Positions 40,938 to 54,265 of a stretch of 64,000 nt of DNA are shown one piece after another. This DNA is from Bdellovibrionales bacterium (GTDB taxonomy: Bacteria; Bdellovibrionota; Bdellovibrionia; Bdellovibrionales; UBA1609), in contig CBDHDF010000002.1 in assembly GCA_965261545.1 (NCBI GenBank), positions 512,001 to 576,000 on the forward strand. The letters run 5' to 3'. Each line of letters begins with the position of its first letter. The stretch's first letter is position 1. The translations under genes were made by a program, and so were the position numbers. Below the pieces are notes generated by a model, which saw only the letters and a program-made list of their open reading frames with translations, made no database searches and was not told where the DNA came from.

Positions 40938-43908
40938 TGCAAAATTTCACCTAGTTTGACCCACCCGATTTCACGAAGTTTGACCCACTGAATTTCACCA
41001 AACATTGACCCACTTAGATCTTCATAGATATTCTTTCTGCGCTACGCATTAACGAGGAGGTGTCTATGGGCAAACAAGGTAAGAAAAAAGGAGCAAGAAT
41101 GATCAACAATATTAAGAAATACATAGAGCTTGGACTCAGTTCGAGACAAATAGCTCGAGCTATGGGTGTTAGTCGGAACACTGTGAAGAAGTATGTGAAG
41201 GATAGTCCCGGAGGCCCTAACAGCCGCTCAAAGGGGTCGCATGGGCCCTACCAAGCCCCTGGTCATCATCCAAGGTGAATTGGACAGATGTTCGCCTCAA
41301 GCAAAGCCTAGGGACTCAATTGGCTCATTACTGGGAGCGACATATTCAGTCCGAGATTGACGGTGTGAGTTATCTTTCTTTTTGGAGAGAGTTTCGTCGT
41401 AGGCACCCAAGTATAAAGCTTGATATGCACCAGACATTCACCCCTGGCCCCTGGTGAGCGGAGTGAATTTGACTACTATAAGGGAAAAGACTCTTGTTTT
41501 GGCTATACAGATACCAAGACTGGGGAGTTCATCCCATGTCGATTATTTGGAATGATACTTCCATCGAGTCAGTTTTTCTTTCCATGCGCCACATTAACAG
41601 AGCAGCGGGAAGATGTTTTTTCCTCCATAGCTTCTGGTTTTGAGTTTTTTGGTGGTGTGACCGGAACCATTGCTTTTGATAACGCAAAGGTTCAAGTGAC
41701 AAGAGCTGATACTTATGACCCCGATATTAACTCTGAGTTTCACCTCTTGTGTGATCACTACAATGTGGCTCCTTTGGCGATGAGGCCATCTCGCCCCAAA
41801 GACAAGAGTCTTATCGAAAATACCCTTGGAGTCTTTTGGCGCTGGTCTTGGCCCCAGATAAGAGAGCGGCAAATGTATTCTCTAGCAGACATCAACGCTG
41901 AGTTGAAGCATTTGGCAGCTATTTTCAATGATCGTATTCAAAAAAAGTATGGGTTGAGTCGTCGACAGAAGTTTGAATCTTTTGAGAAGTCAAAATTGAA
42001 TCCTCTTCCTGAAAGACGCTATGAGAGTGGATTCTGGAAGCATTCCAAGGTTCATCCGGATTGTCACATTCAATATAACTACAATTTTTACTCTGTTCCT
42101 TATAAGCATCGCGGCAAGAAGTTAGATATTCGTATTAGCCAACAATGCTTGGAGGTTTATTCAGAATTAGAGCGGGTGGCGATACATCACATCCCCCAGG
42201 GAAGTCGAGGACGCTACTTTACGACAAAATCTCATCTCCCTGAGTCCCACCGGGCCATTTTAGAGCAAACGCCACAAAATGTACTTAAAGAGGCATCAAG
42301 CCTTGGAGAAAGCATTCACAAAGTTGCCGAGCGGCTTATCAAAGAGCCTCGCCATCCGCTTATGTATCTTCGTCGTGTTCAGGGGATACTCAATCTAAGA
42401 AAACGGTATTCAACAGCTTCTTTGGAGCAGGCTTGCTCATTTTTTGTAGATGCAGCTTTAAGTGACATTAGGGTTCGTGGAGTTGAGAAAGTCATTTCAG
42501 CAAAAAGTCATCGAAAAGAGGAGCCAAGAGTCTGCCGTCAACCTAATGAAAATTTAAGAGGTTCAGAGCACTGGGAGAATGCTTGCCGCCACTAATCACA
42601 TAGCCCCGGTGGGTGGTTCTCAACCACCTAACGGGTCATTTTGACCTCCATAAGAGAGGTCGTATAGGAGAAGAAAATGATTAAACAAACAGAAAATTTA
42701 TTAGAGATATTAAAAATGAGGGGAGTTTTAGCAACCTTGAGCCAGAGGCTCAAAGAAGCTGAGGAGCAGGATCTTGGTTACGAGGACTTTCTAAATGTCA
42801 TCTTTGAGGACGAAAAAATCCATCGTGAAAATCAGAAGGTCTCAAGACTTATCAAAAGAGCAGCTTTGCAGCAAAAAGCAAGCCTTGAGGCCTTTGAAAC
42901 CAAATCCAACCGAGGAGTCGATCGAAGAGTTTTGAGTGATCTAGCCCTTATGAGATTTGCTCAAAGAGGTCAAAATATAATTATCTCTGGCCCAACGGGT
43001 GTTGGAAAGTCATATTTGGCTTGTGCCATAGGTAATCACGCCTGTCGCCAAGGTTTTTCCACTCAGTTCTTCAGAATGAATACTCTTGTTGAAAAATTCA
43101 ACTTAGAAAGAGCCCAGGGGACATATCTAAACTTCCTTAAAAGGCTAAAATCAGTCTCGATACTTGTGTTGGATGATTTTGGTATCAAGCCCCTTACCTC
43201 TAACCAATATCAAGACCTTTACGATGTGATTGATGAACGAGGCCCTGACCTGAGCCTCATTCTTACAACCCAACTTCCAATAAAAAATTGGAGTGAAGTC
43301 ATTGAGGATCCCATCGTTTGTGAAGCTATTATGGATCGCATAACCTCTCAAGCTATCAAAATAGCCATGTCTGGAAGCTCATTTAGGCAGAAAAAGACGA
43401 TTTAAGGAGAATCCATGCAAAGGCAGACCTTGGAAGACACCATCGGGAGACACTCCATCGGAACTATTGAATCATGTACCCGCCAGTTATCCACAAAATT
43501 TACCCACGGCAGCGCTGCGTTGATAGACATCGGGGTCACAGACGCAGCGTCACCATGGATAAATTTGTGGATAACTGGCTCGCTATTCTCTGCCATTTTG
43601 AGCAATGGATTCAACATCCCCATCGAAAAACCCTGCATTGAAACCTCAGAAATGGGGAGGGTCGAGATTCTCAATGACAAAGTGGCCAATTTTAGTTGGC
43701 ATCTAACATTCTGGCAAATAAGCCTTAACCCACCGTTGGGACATCGTGACATTGAGGGTGTAAAAGTTACTGAGTCAGCAGAAAAAAGAAGGTTTAAATT
43801 GACAAAGTTTGAGCCACCGTGAAATTCAAAATTGGACCTCAAATTGACTGACTGAGGGGTGGGTCAAACTTCGTGAAATTCAGTGGGTCAAACTCGTGAA
43901 ATTCAGCA
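40938..43908 (+). mobile_element. IS21-family element type 2 (istA 41060-42595 frameshifted; istB 42677-43405)
   Basis: TGC...GCA ends with repeated TTTCAC..GTTTGACCCAC units; istA broken into three ORFs; istB with GPTGVGKS and LDDFG. Confidence 0.9.
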
Positions 43909-46252
43909 TAATGCAGCCAAACGACTCCTTGAAGATTTTCGCAGGGAACACCCTCACCTTCCAGTGATTGTTATTGAGGATGGATTGGCTTCCAATGCTC
44001 CTCACATCACTCTTCTTAACGAATTAAAATTAAGTTATATTTTAGGCTGTAAGATGGGGGACCACAAAGTTTTATTTGAGTTTGTAAATGGAGCAGATAG
44101 CTTAGGAACAGTTTCTCACTTCACCGTGGTAGAGAATGGAGTGACACATGAATTTCGATTCATAAATGATGTTTCACTCAATGATTCAAATCCTGATTGT
44201 CGAGTGAATTTTATTGAATACAAAGAAACGAAAGCAAACGGTAAGGTTCAGCACTTTAGCTGGGTGACTGACATTGAGATCAACGAAGACAACATAATGC
44301 AAATAATGAGGGGGGGGAAGAGCACGCTGGAAGATAGAAAATGAAACATTTAATACGTTAAAGAATTTGGGTTACAACTTTGAGCACAATTTTGGCCACG
44401 GCAAGCAAAATTTGTGTAACAATTTAGCCGTGATTATGATGCTGGTATTTTTAGTGGACCAACTTCAACATTTGGCCTGTAAATTGTTTCAAAAGGCGGT
44501 AGAAAAAGAGAGGAGACTATCTTATCTATGGGATCATATGAGGGGGTATTTCCATACCCTATACTTTAAAAATTGGCAGGAACTCCTCGCCATAATGGCT
44601 TATGGGATTAAGCCCAATGCCGTTTCCTTAAGCCACCACACCCCTCTGCCTCTGCGTTAATCTATTTCTTTTAAAAGAACTCCCAGCCCTTTTGATAGAC
44701 CTTTCATAGCTTCTTTTGAAGTGCCTCCTCTTCTCCATTGAAATCTTCATCAGCAACTTTATCTGCTTCCTAAATTTCTGATAGAGCCCCGCAACAAAAA
44801 GAGGGATGCTATCCATTATGAAATCAAGAATCAGTTTAAAGTTAGGTTTTTTGTAGTCATTTTTCACCAACTGATTCACACTGTCTTCATCCTCATTTAT
44901 GCTCATTTGAATCTTTGTATAATTGAAGAGCCAAAAATAAGAATACAGCTCTTGCAATATTCCATTAAGGCTTGTTGAGTGCCACTGCTCCATTTTCATT
45001 GTCGATGTAAAATCACGAAATGTCGTTTCTATTTCCCAACGACGAGAGTAAAGAGCAACCATATCCTTCTTGTCCAAGGAGCCATGCGGAAGATTAGTGG
45101 CCAAAACAGAGAACTCCCCAGTCTTTGGGTTTTTATACTTATAGAGATGAATGACCACCCCCTCAATAACCATTCGTGAATACCAACCTGGGCCATTAAA
45201 TAAATTTACAATGGGGATAAAAGTAGAGCCTCGCTTACAACGCGCAATAAAGAAGTTACTGGCTTGAGCATGGGCCTTAATAATCTCTGTAGATAAATAA
45301 AGCCTATCGTAGAGAGTTATGCTATTACTCTCAAAACTACCTATCATTTGAATAGCATTGGCGATTTCGTTGAGGGCGGGAGAATAGCAAAGATTCTTTG
45401 TCACACCCGATAAAACGTCATAAGCATGAGATAGATACATACGTAAGAAATGAGTTTCCATCTCATTTGGGCAAGGGTACCCACAATAACCCTCCTTTAA
45501 AAGATCTTTAGAGCGAGGAAGTGCTAATTGGTCGCCATCTATGGCATAGATATAAAAACCATGAAACGTTTTTCTCAATGGTTCGTAGTCTGTAATCAGA
45601 GATTCAAAGATATCTTTGAAAAATAGGTAAGAAATACTTTGACGTATCTTGCTGAGACTGCTTTTGACTGGCATGAGAAGCAGGTCACCAAAATGAGTCC
45701 ATACCGTCTTAAGAGCGATTTGGTAGCCTTCGTAATTTGTTCCGGAAATAAGATAGATAATGGTAAAAAAGAAAATTTGAGGATTAAATTTTCGATTCCT
45801 TTTTTGTTTTTCTGGATCGACAAGGTGCTCTGGCTTGAAGGAAGAATCAAGTTTTGGTAGAATAAAATGGTCATCTGTGACGCGAACTCGTCATTTGGGG
45901 GCTTTCGAGATCAATATTGGATTGCATGTGACTTACTCCTTGGTTGAGGGTTGGGTGTAAAATAAAACAAGTCTTATTCTTGTCGATTTATCTAATAATT
46001 TCAAGAGATTTTTCTTAAGGAAACGGCATTGGGATTAAGCCTATTGCTGCCTCAGATGTTTTCGACACATCATGAGCAGCCATTTTTCTCAAAGTGCCCC
46101 AAAGAGTTTAACGTATTTGCCCTAAACTAAAGTCTGGACATTCGCCTCTAAATGGCGAAGACGGGGAGGTTTACCTTATTCGATGCAGTGCAATTCTCAC
46201 ACTGAGATTTGGAGGAATTTCAATGTTTTTTCAAGCTCGGCGGGAATTTCTG
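43909..46252 (+). mobile_element. 3' half of a second copy of the 20230-21872 IS, frameshifted and interrupted by IS4
   Basis: Matches about 20957-21872; one extra G in a G-run at about 44310. Confidence 0.88.
44615..46031 (-). mobile_element. IS4-family element copy 1 (transposase 44628-45674, likely starting further upstream via a frameshift)
   Basis: 18-bp IR CAATGCCGTTTCCTTAAG, 10-bp DR GGATTAAGCC; AIDG, YDRLY and YSRRWEIETTFR (YREK) motifs. Confidence 0.93.
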
Positions 46253-46307
46253 GTAAATGAAAACATACATTGACTTTACTCCAAAGCAAGATGCATAATT
46301 TTTACTT

Positions 46308-47273
46308 ATGAAAAAATCCCTTCCTCCCCTTTGCTTAACCCTTGATAACACTTTTAAAGCATTTTTTAAGCACGACCAGGACTTGCTCAAGCCTTTGTTG
46401 CAGGATTTTCTTCCCTTGCCACCCGGTTGTCGGGTGGAGCATGTTCAACTGTTGGATACAGAGGAAAACTCTTCAGAGGCAAGCAAGCCTTCGGGAAAAA
46501 CCTTCATTTTGGATATGAAGCTTCGCATCTCTCGACAATTGTCCAGTGGGGAGTGGGTCGAAAATGAAACTGTGAATGTGGAGATGCAAACCGTATCCCA
46601 AAGAGACTTCACAAATCGCCTTCTTGCCTATGCGGGACGGGTCTACTCCAATCAAGTGAAAGAAGGAGAAAAATACGAGAAATTAAGAACTGTTTACTCC
46701 CTTGTTTTCAGTACTGTGGACCTTCCTGAGCTACGCAAAGACAACGATTATTACCATACATGCAGCATGAGGCAGGATCGATACCCTCATTTGAGGCTCA
46801 CCGATGGTATGCAATTTGTCATTGTAGAATTGAACAAGTTCATTGGCAAATTAGACAGCCTTGTTGACCAACGTGAAGCGTGGTGTTATTTCTTAAAGAG
46901 ATCGGATGAGTTGGATCAACAAACCAGCCAAGAGCTAGCCAAAAAAGGAAGGGATATGGGAAGAGCCGTCAAAAATTTGTGGAATTTGTCTCAAGACGAA
47001 CTCATGCGAGAGCGACTTGAAGCTGAAGATAAGCAGCGTCGAGATCGTTTATCACAGATCGACACAGCCCATGAAGAGGGGCGTGAAGAAGGGCGTGAAG
47101 AGGGGCGTGAAGAAGGGCGTGAAGAGGGGCGTGAAGTAGGGCGTGAAGAAGGGCGAAGGGAAGAGAGAGAGGCCATTGCTTTAAAGATGATTTTAAAAGG
47201 ACAGGAAGCTTTGGAGATATCCGAAGCAACAGGGTTTTCTGAAGACGAAATTAAGGCTCTTCAAAAAAAGTAA
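46308..47273 (+). CDS. Rpn-family PD-(D/E)XK recombination-promoting nuclease / putative transposase
   Basis: DNTFKAFF, ILDMK, NVEMQ...RLLAY; C-terminal EEGR repeats and ISEATGFS tail. Confidence 0.88.
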   Translation: MKKSLPPLCLTLDNTFKAFFKHDQDLLKPLLQDFLPLPPGCRVEHVQLLDTEENSSEASKPSGKTFILDMKLRISRQLSSGEWVENETVNVEMQTVSQRDFTNRLLAYAGRVYSNQVKEGEKYEKLRTVYSLVFSTVDLPELRKDNDYYHTCSMRQDRYPHLRLTDGMQFVIVELNKFIGKLDSLVDQREAWCYFLKRSDELDQQTSQELAKKGRDMGRAVKNLWNLSQDELMRERLEAEDKQRRDRLSQIDTAHEEGREEGREEGREEGREEGREVGREEGRREEREAIALKMILKGQEALEISEATGFSEDEIKALQKK

Positions 47274-47279
47274 AAATTT

Positions 47280-47484
47280 TAACCTGACCTAGTTATCGTG
47301 TGTTCATTCTATGTAAACTACTAATATTATTGTGGAATAACTGTCAACTCGCACTCTATTAATATGAGATATACTGTTGTTCTATAATTTATAGGAAGTA
47401 TCAATTAGGTCGGCTGTTGGGCATATCTCTTGATTAATGTACAGAGTTTAGACACTATGAACATACGATAACTAGGTCAAGTTA
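47280..47484. mobile_element. About 205-bp MITE-like element
   Basis: 28-bp IR TAACCTGACCTAGTTATCGTGTGTTCAT / ATGAACATACGATAACTAGGTCAAGTTA; no clear DR. Confidence 0.6.
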
Positions 47485-47490
47485 GATTTT

Positions 47491-48313
47491 TTGTAACATT
47501 CATGGGGGCGCCTTGCTTCCCCACCCACGCCCATGAATCTTATCTAGGCCCCCACTTCTTTGCACGAAGCAACTCGGTGGACAGCTTCGCTGGTCTATAT
47601 AATTGGCCTCTTTTAGTTACTCTGGACTTTTGATGGTATTTTTGTCATGTATGATTCCGATACAATAAAGGATAAAGCAATAACATTATTGGAAGGTGAT
47701 AAGATGAGTGGCCGTTGAATAGATTGGTAATTTTAATTCCGTGAAGTAACATGGTCTTGAGCTTTGGATCGAACCCACGCATGTACCTGCACTCTGAGTG
47801 TATGGACGTATAGTAAGTTGACCTATTTTCGCTTTAGAATTTATGGCAAAATCCGAAGGCTCTAGTTTTATCACCTTCTTTTTTTCTAACAGAAAGGAGG
47901 AGTCATGTGGATATTATTTATAGTTCTGTTTGTGGAATAGATGTTCATCAACATATGTTGATGTGTACGATTGTCAAAGTGGAAGACGGTAAGAAGAAGT
48001 TTTTCACAAAAGAGTTCAAGAATTTTCCAAAAAATTTTCCTAGAATGCGCTCTTGGATGAAGCCACATAAGGTTGAGAGAGTTCTTTTTGAGAGCACAGG
48101 GATTTATTGGAATTCTTTATACGATGATTTGACAGAAAAAGGTTATGAAGTAGATGTTATCAATGCCTTTCATGTCAAAAATATTACTGGTAAAAAAACT
48201 GACGTGTTGGATAGCCAGTGGATTGCAGAGCTTGGTGCTTGTGGTCTTCTAAGAGCTAGCTTCATTCCTCCACGTGAGATTCGTTCTATTAGACTTTTGG
48301 CTCGTTATCGTAC
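47491..48313 (+). mobile_element. IS110-family element: long non-coding leader plus DEDD transposase (from 47907), truncated by ISKra4
   Basis: GIDVH, FESTGIYW and KKTDVLDS motifs of the DEDD RuvC-like domain. Confidence 0.85.
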
Positions 48314-48365
48314 GGGTGTGCTAACGATATACTGTAGTATTTATGCAGCCACGGGATACCCATAT

Positions 48366-49645
48366 TGAGGTGGACCCCAATGTCAGACTGAAAAACTTGA
48401 TTTTTAAGCTACACCACAGCGCACAAAGAAGCCCCGTGTTAATGTGTTAAATCCACCTCTCCCATATGCACCTGATAAGGGGTGCAATCCTGAAGAGACT
48501 GGTGTGGCCTTTTATTATTATAAAAATTAAAATACGTTTTAAAACCTTTGTTGGCTTGAACCATTGATTTGTCTTGATAGCCTTTCAAGTAAACCTCTTC
48601 GTACTTAACAGACCGCCAAAGCCGCTCGATCATAATGTTGTCTAAACACCTGCCTTTGCCGTCCATACTGATCGAGATTCCATGATTTTTCAATAATTTT
48701 GTGAAAACCTCAGAAGTGAATTGGCACCCTTGATCAGTATTGACGATATCAGGGCAACCAAATGTTTCTATGGCTTCCTCAAAGACTTCTAAACAAAAAG
48801 TTGTCTCAAGGCTATTAGAAAGTCTCCAAGACAGAACAAATCGGCTAAACCAATCTATCACAGCTACCAAGTAAGCAAAGCCACCAGACAACCTTATAAA
48901 AGTAATATCAGTAGCCCACACTTGGTTGGGGGAGCAGATATTAAGCCCCTTAAGTAGGTAGGGATAAACCTTATGCTGATGGTTTCGCTGACTGGTGTTT
49001 GGACCTGGGAAGATAGCGAAAAGACACATCTTTTCCATGAGCCGCTGAATCCTCTTGCGGTTGACCCCATGGCCATTAAGTCTTAAGTGAGCTGCCATTT
49101 TACGGCTCCCATAAAAAGGGGTCTCCAAGTACTGTTTGTCAATTAAACTCATCAGTTTTAAGTTGTAGGCACTCTCAGGTATGGGCTTGTAGTACAAGGC
49201 TCCCTTAGAGAGTCCTAGCAACTCACATTGGCGAGTGACACAAATATTTGGATGTTTCCAATTGATAGCGGCTTTTTTCTCAGGCATTGAAGCTCTCAGA
49301 TTTTTTTTTTAACCAATCATTTTCAACCTTTAACTGCCCTATTTGCCGATACAATTCATCAATGGTTTTTCTTTGTTCTTCTACCTCGTTGTTGTCCTTT
49401 TTTTTGCTCGCTAAGGCCTTAGGAATGGCTTCAATAGCTTGCTTCTTCCAATCTTGGATTTGGATGCGGTGAACTCCATGCTTGGAGGCCAACTCTGCCA
49501 TTGTGTCAGTCTCACGAATGGCGTCAAGTGCGACTCTGGCCTTAAATTGTGCGCTGTGTTTCTTTCTCATTATCCCCTCCTATGAGGGGCTTTTTACCCG
49601 CTGCGGTGTAACTTAGCAACCAGTCTGTTTTTGGGGTCCACTATA
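48366..49645 (-). mobile_element. IS3 copy 2
   Basis: Same proteins as copy 1; TAT DR. Confidence 0.95.
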
Positions 49646-50786
49646 TATTGATCAATTTTTTGCCAGAACTGACCCCATCGACAGTCCGTATGGCTTAAAG
49701 ATCGTAAAGAAATGACAGAAGCTGCTCCTTTCTCTTTCCACCTCATCCCAGAATTGCAAAGCCTTTGTTTTATTAATGTCTTACATGCTGCCTCTGTAAC
49801 ACCTGAGCCAATTGGAAGATTATTCTCCTGATTTTGTGCATATCTCATTTTAGACTTATTATTCTCAAAATATGTAATGGCAGACACTAACTCCCCTTTC
49901 TTGGCTTGACTCAGTCGATGAGTGTCTTTAAACCCCTTGAGCTCATTGAGTAAGCGGGTCGCTGCCCCTATATTATGCTTAAGCTTATGACATGCGTTAT
50001 CAAGCCACTCCTTACGTTCAGATTTTTTCTTGTCACCAGCAAACATAGCCCCCGCAGCCCTCCCCAAGTACTCTGATGCATGCCAAAAATCAATGGTCTG
50101 ATTATCTGTTTTACTCTTTAAATAATCCCAATTTGACTTGGTTCCATCTGCAATACCAATATAGGTAGACTTAGGGTGTCTCTCTTTTACCTGAGTCAAC
50201 TCCTTCTCAAATCTTGAATAAAATTTACCCTTACCATACTCTGGTGTTGCTCCTACTTGAATCGTATGCATGCGACTTCCCTTATTGTCATATAAACTAA
50301 TTGTTCCCACCATGGCTTCTCGCCAACCATCTTCAACCATTAACATACAAGTGCCGTCTACTCCTACAGCAACACTATTCACCTTCTTGGGCATAGAGGG
50401 AAGATCATAGCTCCATGATTCATCCTTTGCTAAAGCAACAGCTCCAACCGCATCACAAAGGTGCTTTAAGTAAGGTCTAGATATATTTCGACCATGACTC
50501 TCCTTCAAATCAAAAAGAACACGACTAGAACCCATATCTGAATATTTACTTGTAACCCATTTAGAAAAACCGGGTGTTGAAGTTAGAATAATTCGTGCAT
50601 CCCTTTCCAATGGGCAAAACTGACGACCACCCTTAGAGCTTTGATAAACATGACGCTCTACATCGACTTCTCCCCACATTGTTTGGTAGGTCTTATTAAC
50701 TCTACCTCTAGAAGTTAACTTACTGTCTCCTATAACAATTGGTGATCCATCTGCATCAAATCGACGTAAAGCTGATTGGGTAGCTA

Positions 50787-51380
50787 CCTGAAATCCCTAA
50801 AAGTTGTAACTAGGTTTAATGTATTGCGTTAACTCTCTTTTCCTATGGAATTGGCTACTATCAACGGTTTGAGAGGTTTAATAGTATTAATATATTTAAT
50901 ATGACTCATAAAAATCTTCTTCGAAAGGTCCTTCGTTCCCATTGGATCGACAATATAAATTAGGCATAGTGGTAGCCTGCTTCTCTTCCTTGTCCCAAAA
51001 GCTTTTAACTTTATAGAGATAGGTTTTTCTTCAGTAACCCTCTCCAAAATTAGTTTCAGCTCCTATAGCCTGTTTCATGTGTTCTTGGGAAAGATATATC
51101 GCAGATTTTTCCTCTATTTGAAACAATTTTGAGAGATATTTCTTTCATTAAGATTATTATAAGAGTACACAGTTTAAAATAGCAGTGCCAAGTTTCAAAA
51201 CGAATCTCGGCAAGAACTACTGGTTTTTTCCTTATTTTTTTGCTCAAAAGTGTATGACATCGTTAATATTGTAACTATGCTTTTGAAGAGATGAAAATCT
51301 CTTAATCAAAGTGAAGGCCTTCTCAGACAATAATCAGGACTTAAGTCCTATACCTAGTTACAACTTTTAGGGATTTCAGG
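50787..51380. mobile_element. 594-bp non-autonomous IS1634-type element, copy 1
   Basis: 29-bp perfect IR CCTGAAATCCCTAAAAGTTGTAACTAGGT with TAGCTA DR. Confidence 0.9.
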
Positions 51381-51614
51381 TAGCTATACAACCTGCTTCA
51401 TTAAGGCCATCTCTTATCATCTCTTCTGTCTTTAACATTGAACTGGATAATGGAATTATCAACTCAATAGTGACTGAGTTTGAACTACTTGATTTTAACT
51501 TTGCCTTTGGTTTTGACATAATACCCTCCTTGGTCGTAAGTCCAGCTAAAATAAAGTATCCCAAGGAATAAGGTATTTGTCTACAAATAATTACAGTATA
51601 TCATTAGCACACCC

Positions 51615-54046
51615 GTCTCAATATGACAGTCTTGTTCCAAACATAGGAGGTTCTTAATGAATCACGAAGAACTTATAGGTTCTCTTAAAAAACTCCGACT
51701 TCCAGCGATGGCGGATGAATATGTTGCAACGGCTAGAGTTGCCGAAAAAACAAAAAAGACGTATGAACAGTATTTAGGTATACTCGTTCAAAATGAGCTT
51801 GCTGACAAGCATTCCCAGAGAGTGAAAAGATTGCTTAAGGGGGCCAAGCTTCCTTATAGTGGACCCCAAAAACAGACTGGTTGCTAAGTTACACCGCAGC
51901 GGGTAAAAAGCCCCTCATAGGAGGGGATAATGAGAAAGAAACACAGCGCACAATTTAAGGCCAGAGTCGCACTTGACGCCATTCGTGAGACTGACACAAT
52001 GGCAGAGTTGGCCTCCAAGCATGGAGTTCACCGCATCCAAATCCAAGATTGGAAGAAGCAAGCTATTGAAGCCATTCCTAAGGCCTTAGCGAGCAAAAAA
52101 AAGGACAACAACGAGGTAGAAGAACAAAGAAAAACCATTGATGAATTGTATCGGCAAATAGGGCAGTTAAAGGTTGAAAATGATTGGTTAAAAAAAAAAT
52201 CTGAGAGCTTCAATGCCTGAGAAAAAAGCCGCTATCAATTGGAAACATCCAAATATTTGTGTCACTCGCCAATGTGAGTTGCTAGGACTCTCTAAGGGAG
52301 CCTTGTACTACAAGCCCATACCTGAGAGTGCCTACAACTTAAAACTGATGAGTTTAATTGACAAACAGTACTTGGAGACCCCTTTTTATGGAAGCCGTAA
52401 AATGGCAGCTCACTTAAGACTTAATGGCCATCGGGTCAACCGCAAGAGGATTCAGCGGCTCATGGAAAAGATGTGTCTTTTCGCTATCTTCCCAGGTCCA
52501 AACACCAGTCAGCGAAACCATCAGCATAAGGTTTATCCCTACCTACTTAAGGGGCTTAATATCTGCTCCCCCAACCAAGTGTGGGCTACTGATATTACTT
52601 TTATAAGGTTGTCTGGTGGCTTTGCTTACTTGGTAGCTGTGATAGATTGGTTTAGCCGATTTGTTCTGTCTTGGAGACTTTCTAATAGCCTTGAGACAAC
52701 TTTTTGTTTAGAAGTCTTTGAGGAAGCCATAGAAACATTTGGTTGCCCTGATATCGTCAATACTGATCAAGGGTGCCAATTCACTTCTGAGGTTTTCACA
52801 AAATTATTGAAAAATCATGGAATCTCGATCAGTATGGACGGCAAAGGCAGGTGTTTAGACAACATCATGATCGAGCGGCTTTGGCGGTCTGTTAAGTACG
52901 AAGAGGTTTACTTGAAAGGCTATCAAGACAAATCAATGGTTCAAGCCAACAAAGGTTTTAAAACGTATTTTAATTTTTATAATAATAAAAGGCCACACCA
53001 GTCTCTTCAGGATTGCACCCCTTATCAGGTGCATATGGGAGAGGTGGATTTAACACATTAACACGGGGCTTCTTTGTGCGCTGTGGTGTAGCTTAAAAAT
53101 CAAGTTTTTCAGTCTGACATTGGGGTCCACCTCAATGTTGTGTTTTACGGAAGCTTTGGAATGGGGAAAAGTCATTTGGCCATGTCCCTAGTTCGTTCAC
53201 TCTGTGAACAAGGCTATCGATGTTTATGGGTCACCACTCATGAACTTATTGAAACAATGCGTGAAAGCAAGAAAGAACTCTCATTGAATGCTCTTTTTAA
53301 GAAATTAGACCGTTTTGATCTTATTGCTTGTGATGAACTTGGCTATACAGCTTCCTGCACAGAGGGGGCAGATCTTTTCTTTCAATTCATATCTCAGCGA
53401 TATGAAAGGAAAAGTCTCATGATCACTACAAACTTAACATACTCTGAATGGGATAAGGTGTTTCTTAACCCTATTACCACCGCTGCTGCTGTTGATCGAA
53501 TCATTCACAACTGTGAAACCCTCAACATTGAAGGAAAAGAAAGTTGGAGAACCGAATCGGCAAAAGCCAAGTCTAAACAGAGCAAAGAGGAAAGTTCAAC
53601 CAAAGAAGTTCATTAGAGATCCCCACTTTTGGGGAAGGAACTCGCCAGTTATCCACAAAATTTATCCACAGCAGCACTGCGTTGCTAGACATCGGGGTCA
53701 CAGCCGCAGTGTCGCCATGGATAAATTTATGGATAACTGGCTTTTACCGTACTATTTGCTCGTCACTCTCGCGGAGCTTTAGACATTAGCTGCGCCAAGG
53801 AATCCTGAAAAATACTCCATTTACCTCTGCCATAGGGCTGAAGGATGCATTTGGGGTCATGCCAAAAGTGGTGGGCAGAAAATCATTCCTCAGAATCTTG
53901 TGGCATAGTCCGAGTTAAATGATGAGCAAAATAAAGACACTTGACTAAACTCTGAACGAAGAATAACTAAATCAGTACATCATCAACTGGCCGTTTTTCA
54001 TTGGCGACGGCTTCTAAAAATGGCCAATTTTAATTGGCGCCTAACA
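51615..54046 (+). mobile_element. IS21 type 1 partial copy 3 (istB broken by IS3, with a deletion)
   Basis: istB halves at 51657-51854 and 53135-53616; about 100 bp missing at the IS3 junction; right end CTAACA. Confidence 0.88.
51855..53134 (+). mobile_element. IS3 copy 3
   Basis: Near-identical to copy 1; no DR. Confidence 0.95.
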
Positions 54047-54265
54047 CGGATAAAGATCAGCAGCGAGGAAGCCTACATGTGGGTTGTTTCTGTATCAGTG
54101 AGAAAACAGATATAGAAACAAGATTGCGGATAGTCGGGTTCAAGGACGAATTTTGAAAACAGACGATCTAAATGGGGACCTACGTCCGGGAACTCACCAA
54201 CACATCGGCGGCACTTCCATAGGTGGAGACCTCCTTACTCGACCGGGCATTTTAATTGTTAGCTA

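Larger units (their letters stand above)
48314..51614 (-). mobile_element. ISKra4-family element (transposase 51519-48341) interrupted by IS3 and a MITE
   Basis: GGGTGTGCTAA ends; VDGTC, IADG, DFWHASEYL and IGSGVTEAACK..RLC.SGMRW motifs. Confidence 0.88.

Noticed and set aside
50829..51247. Short ORFs inside the 594-bp element (also 54308-54726)
   Set aside because: No RBS or domain evidence; probably incidental.
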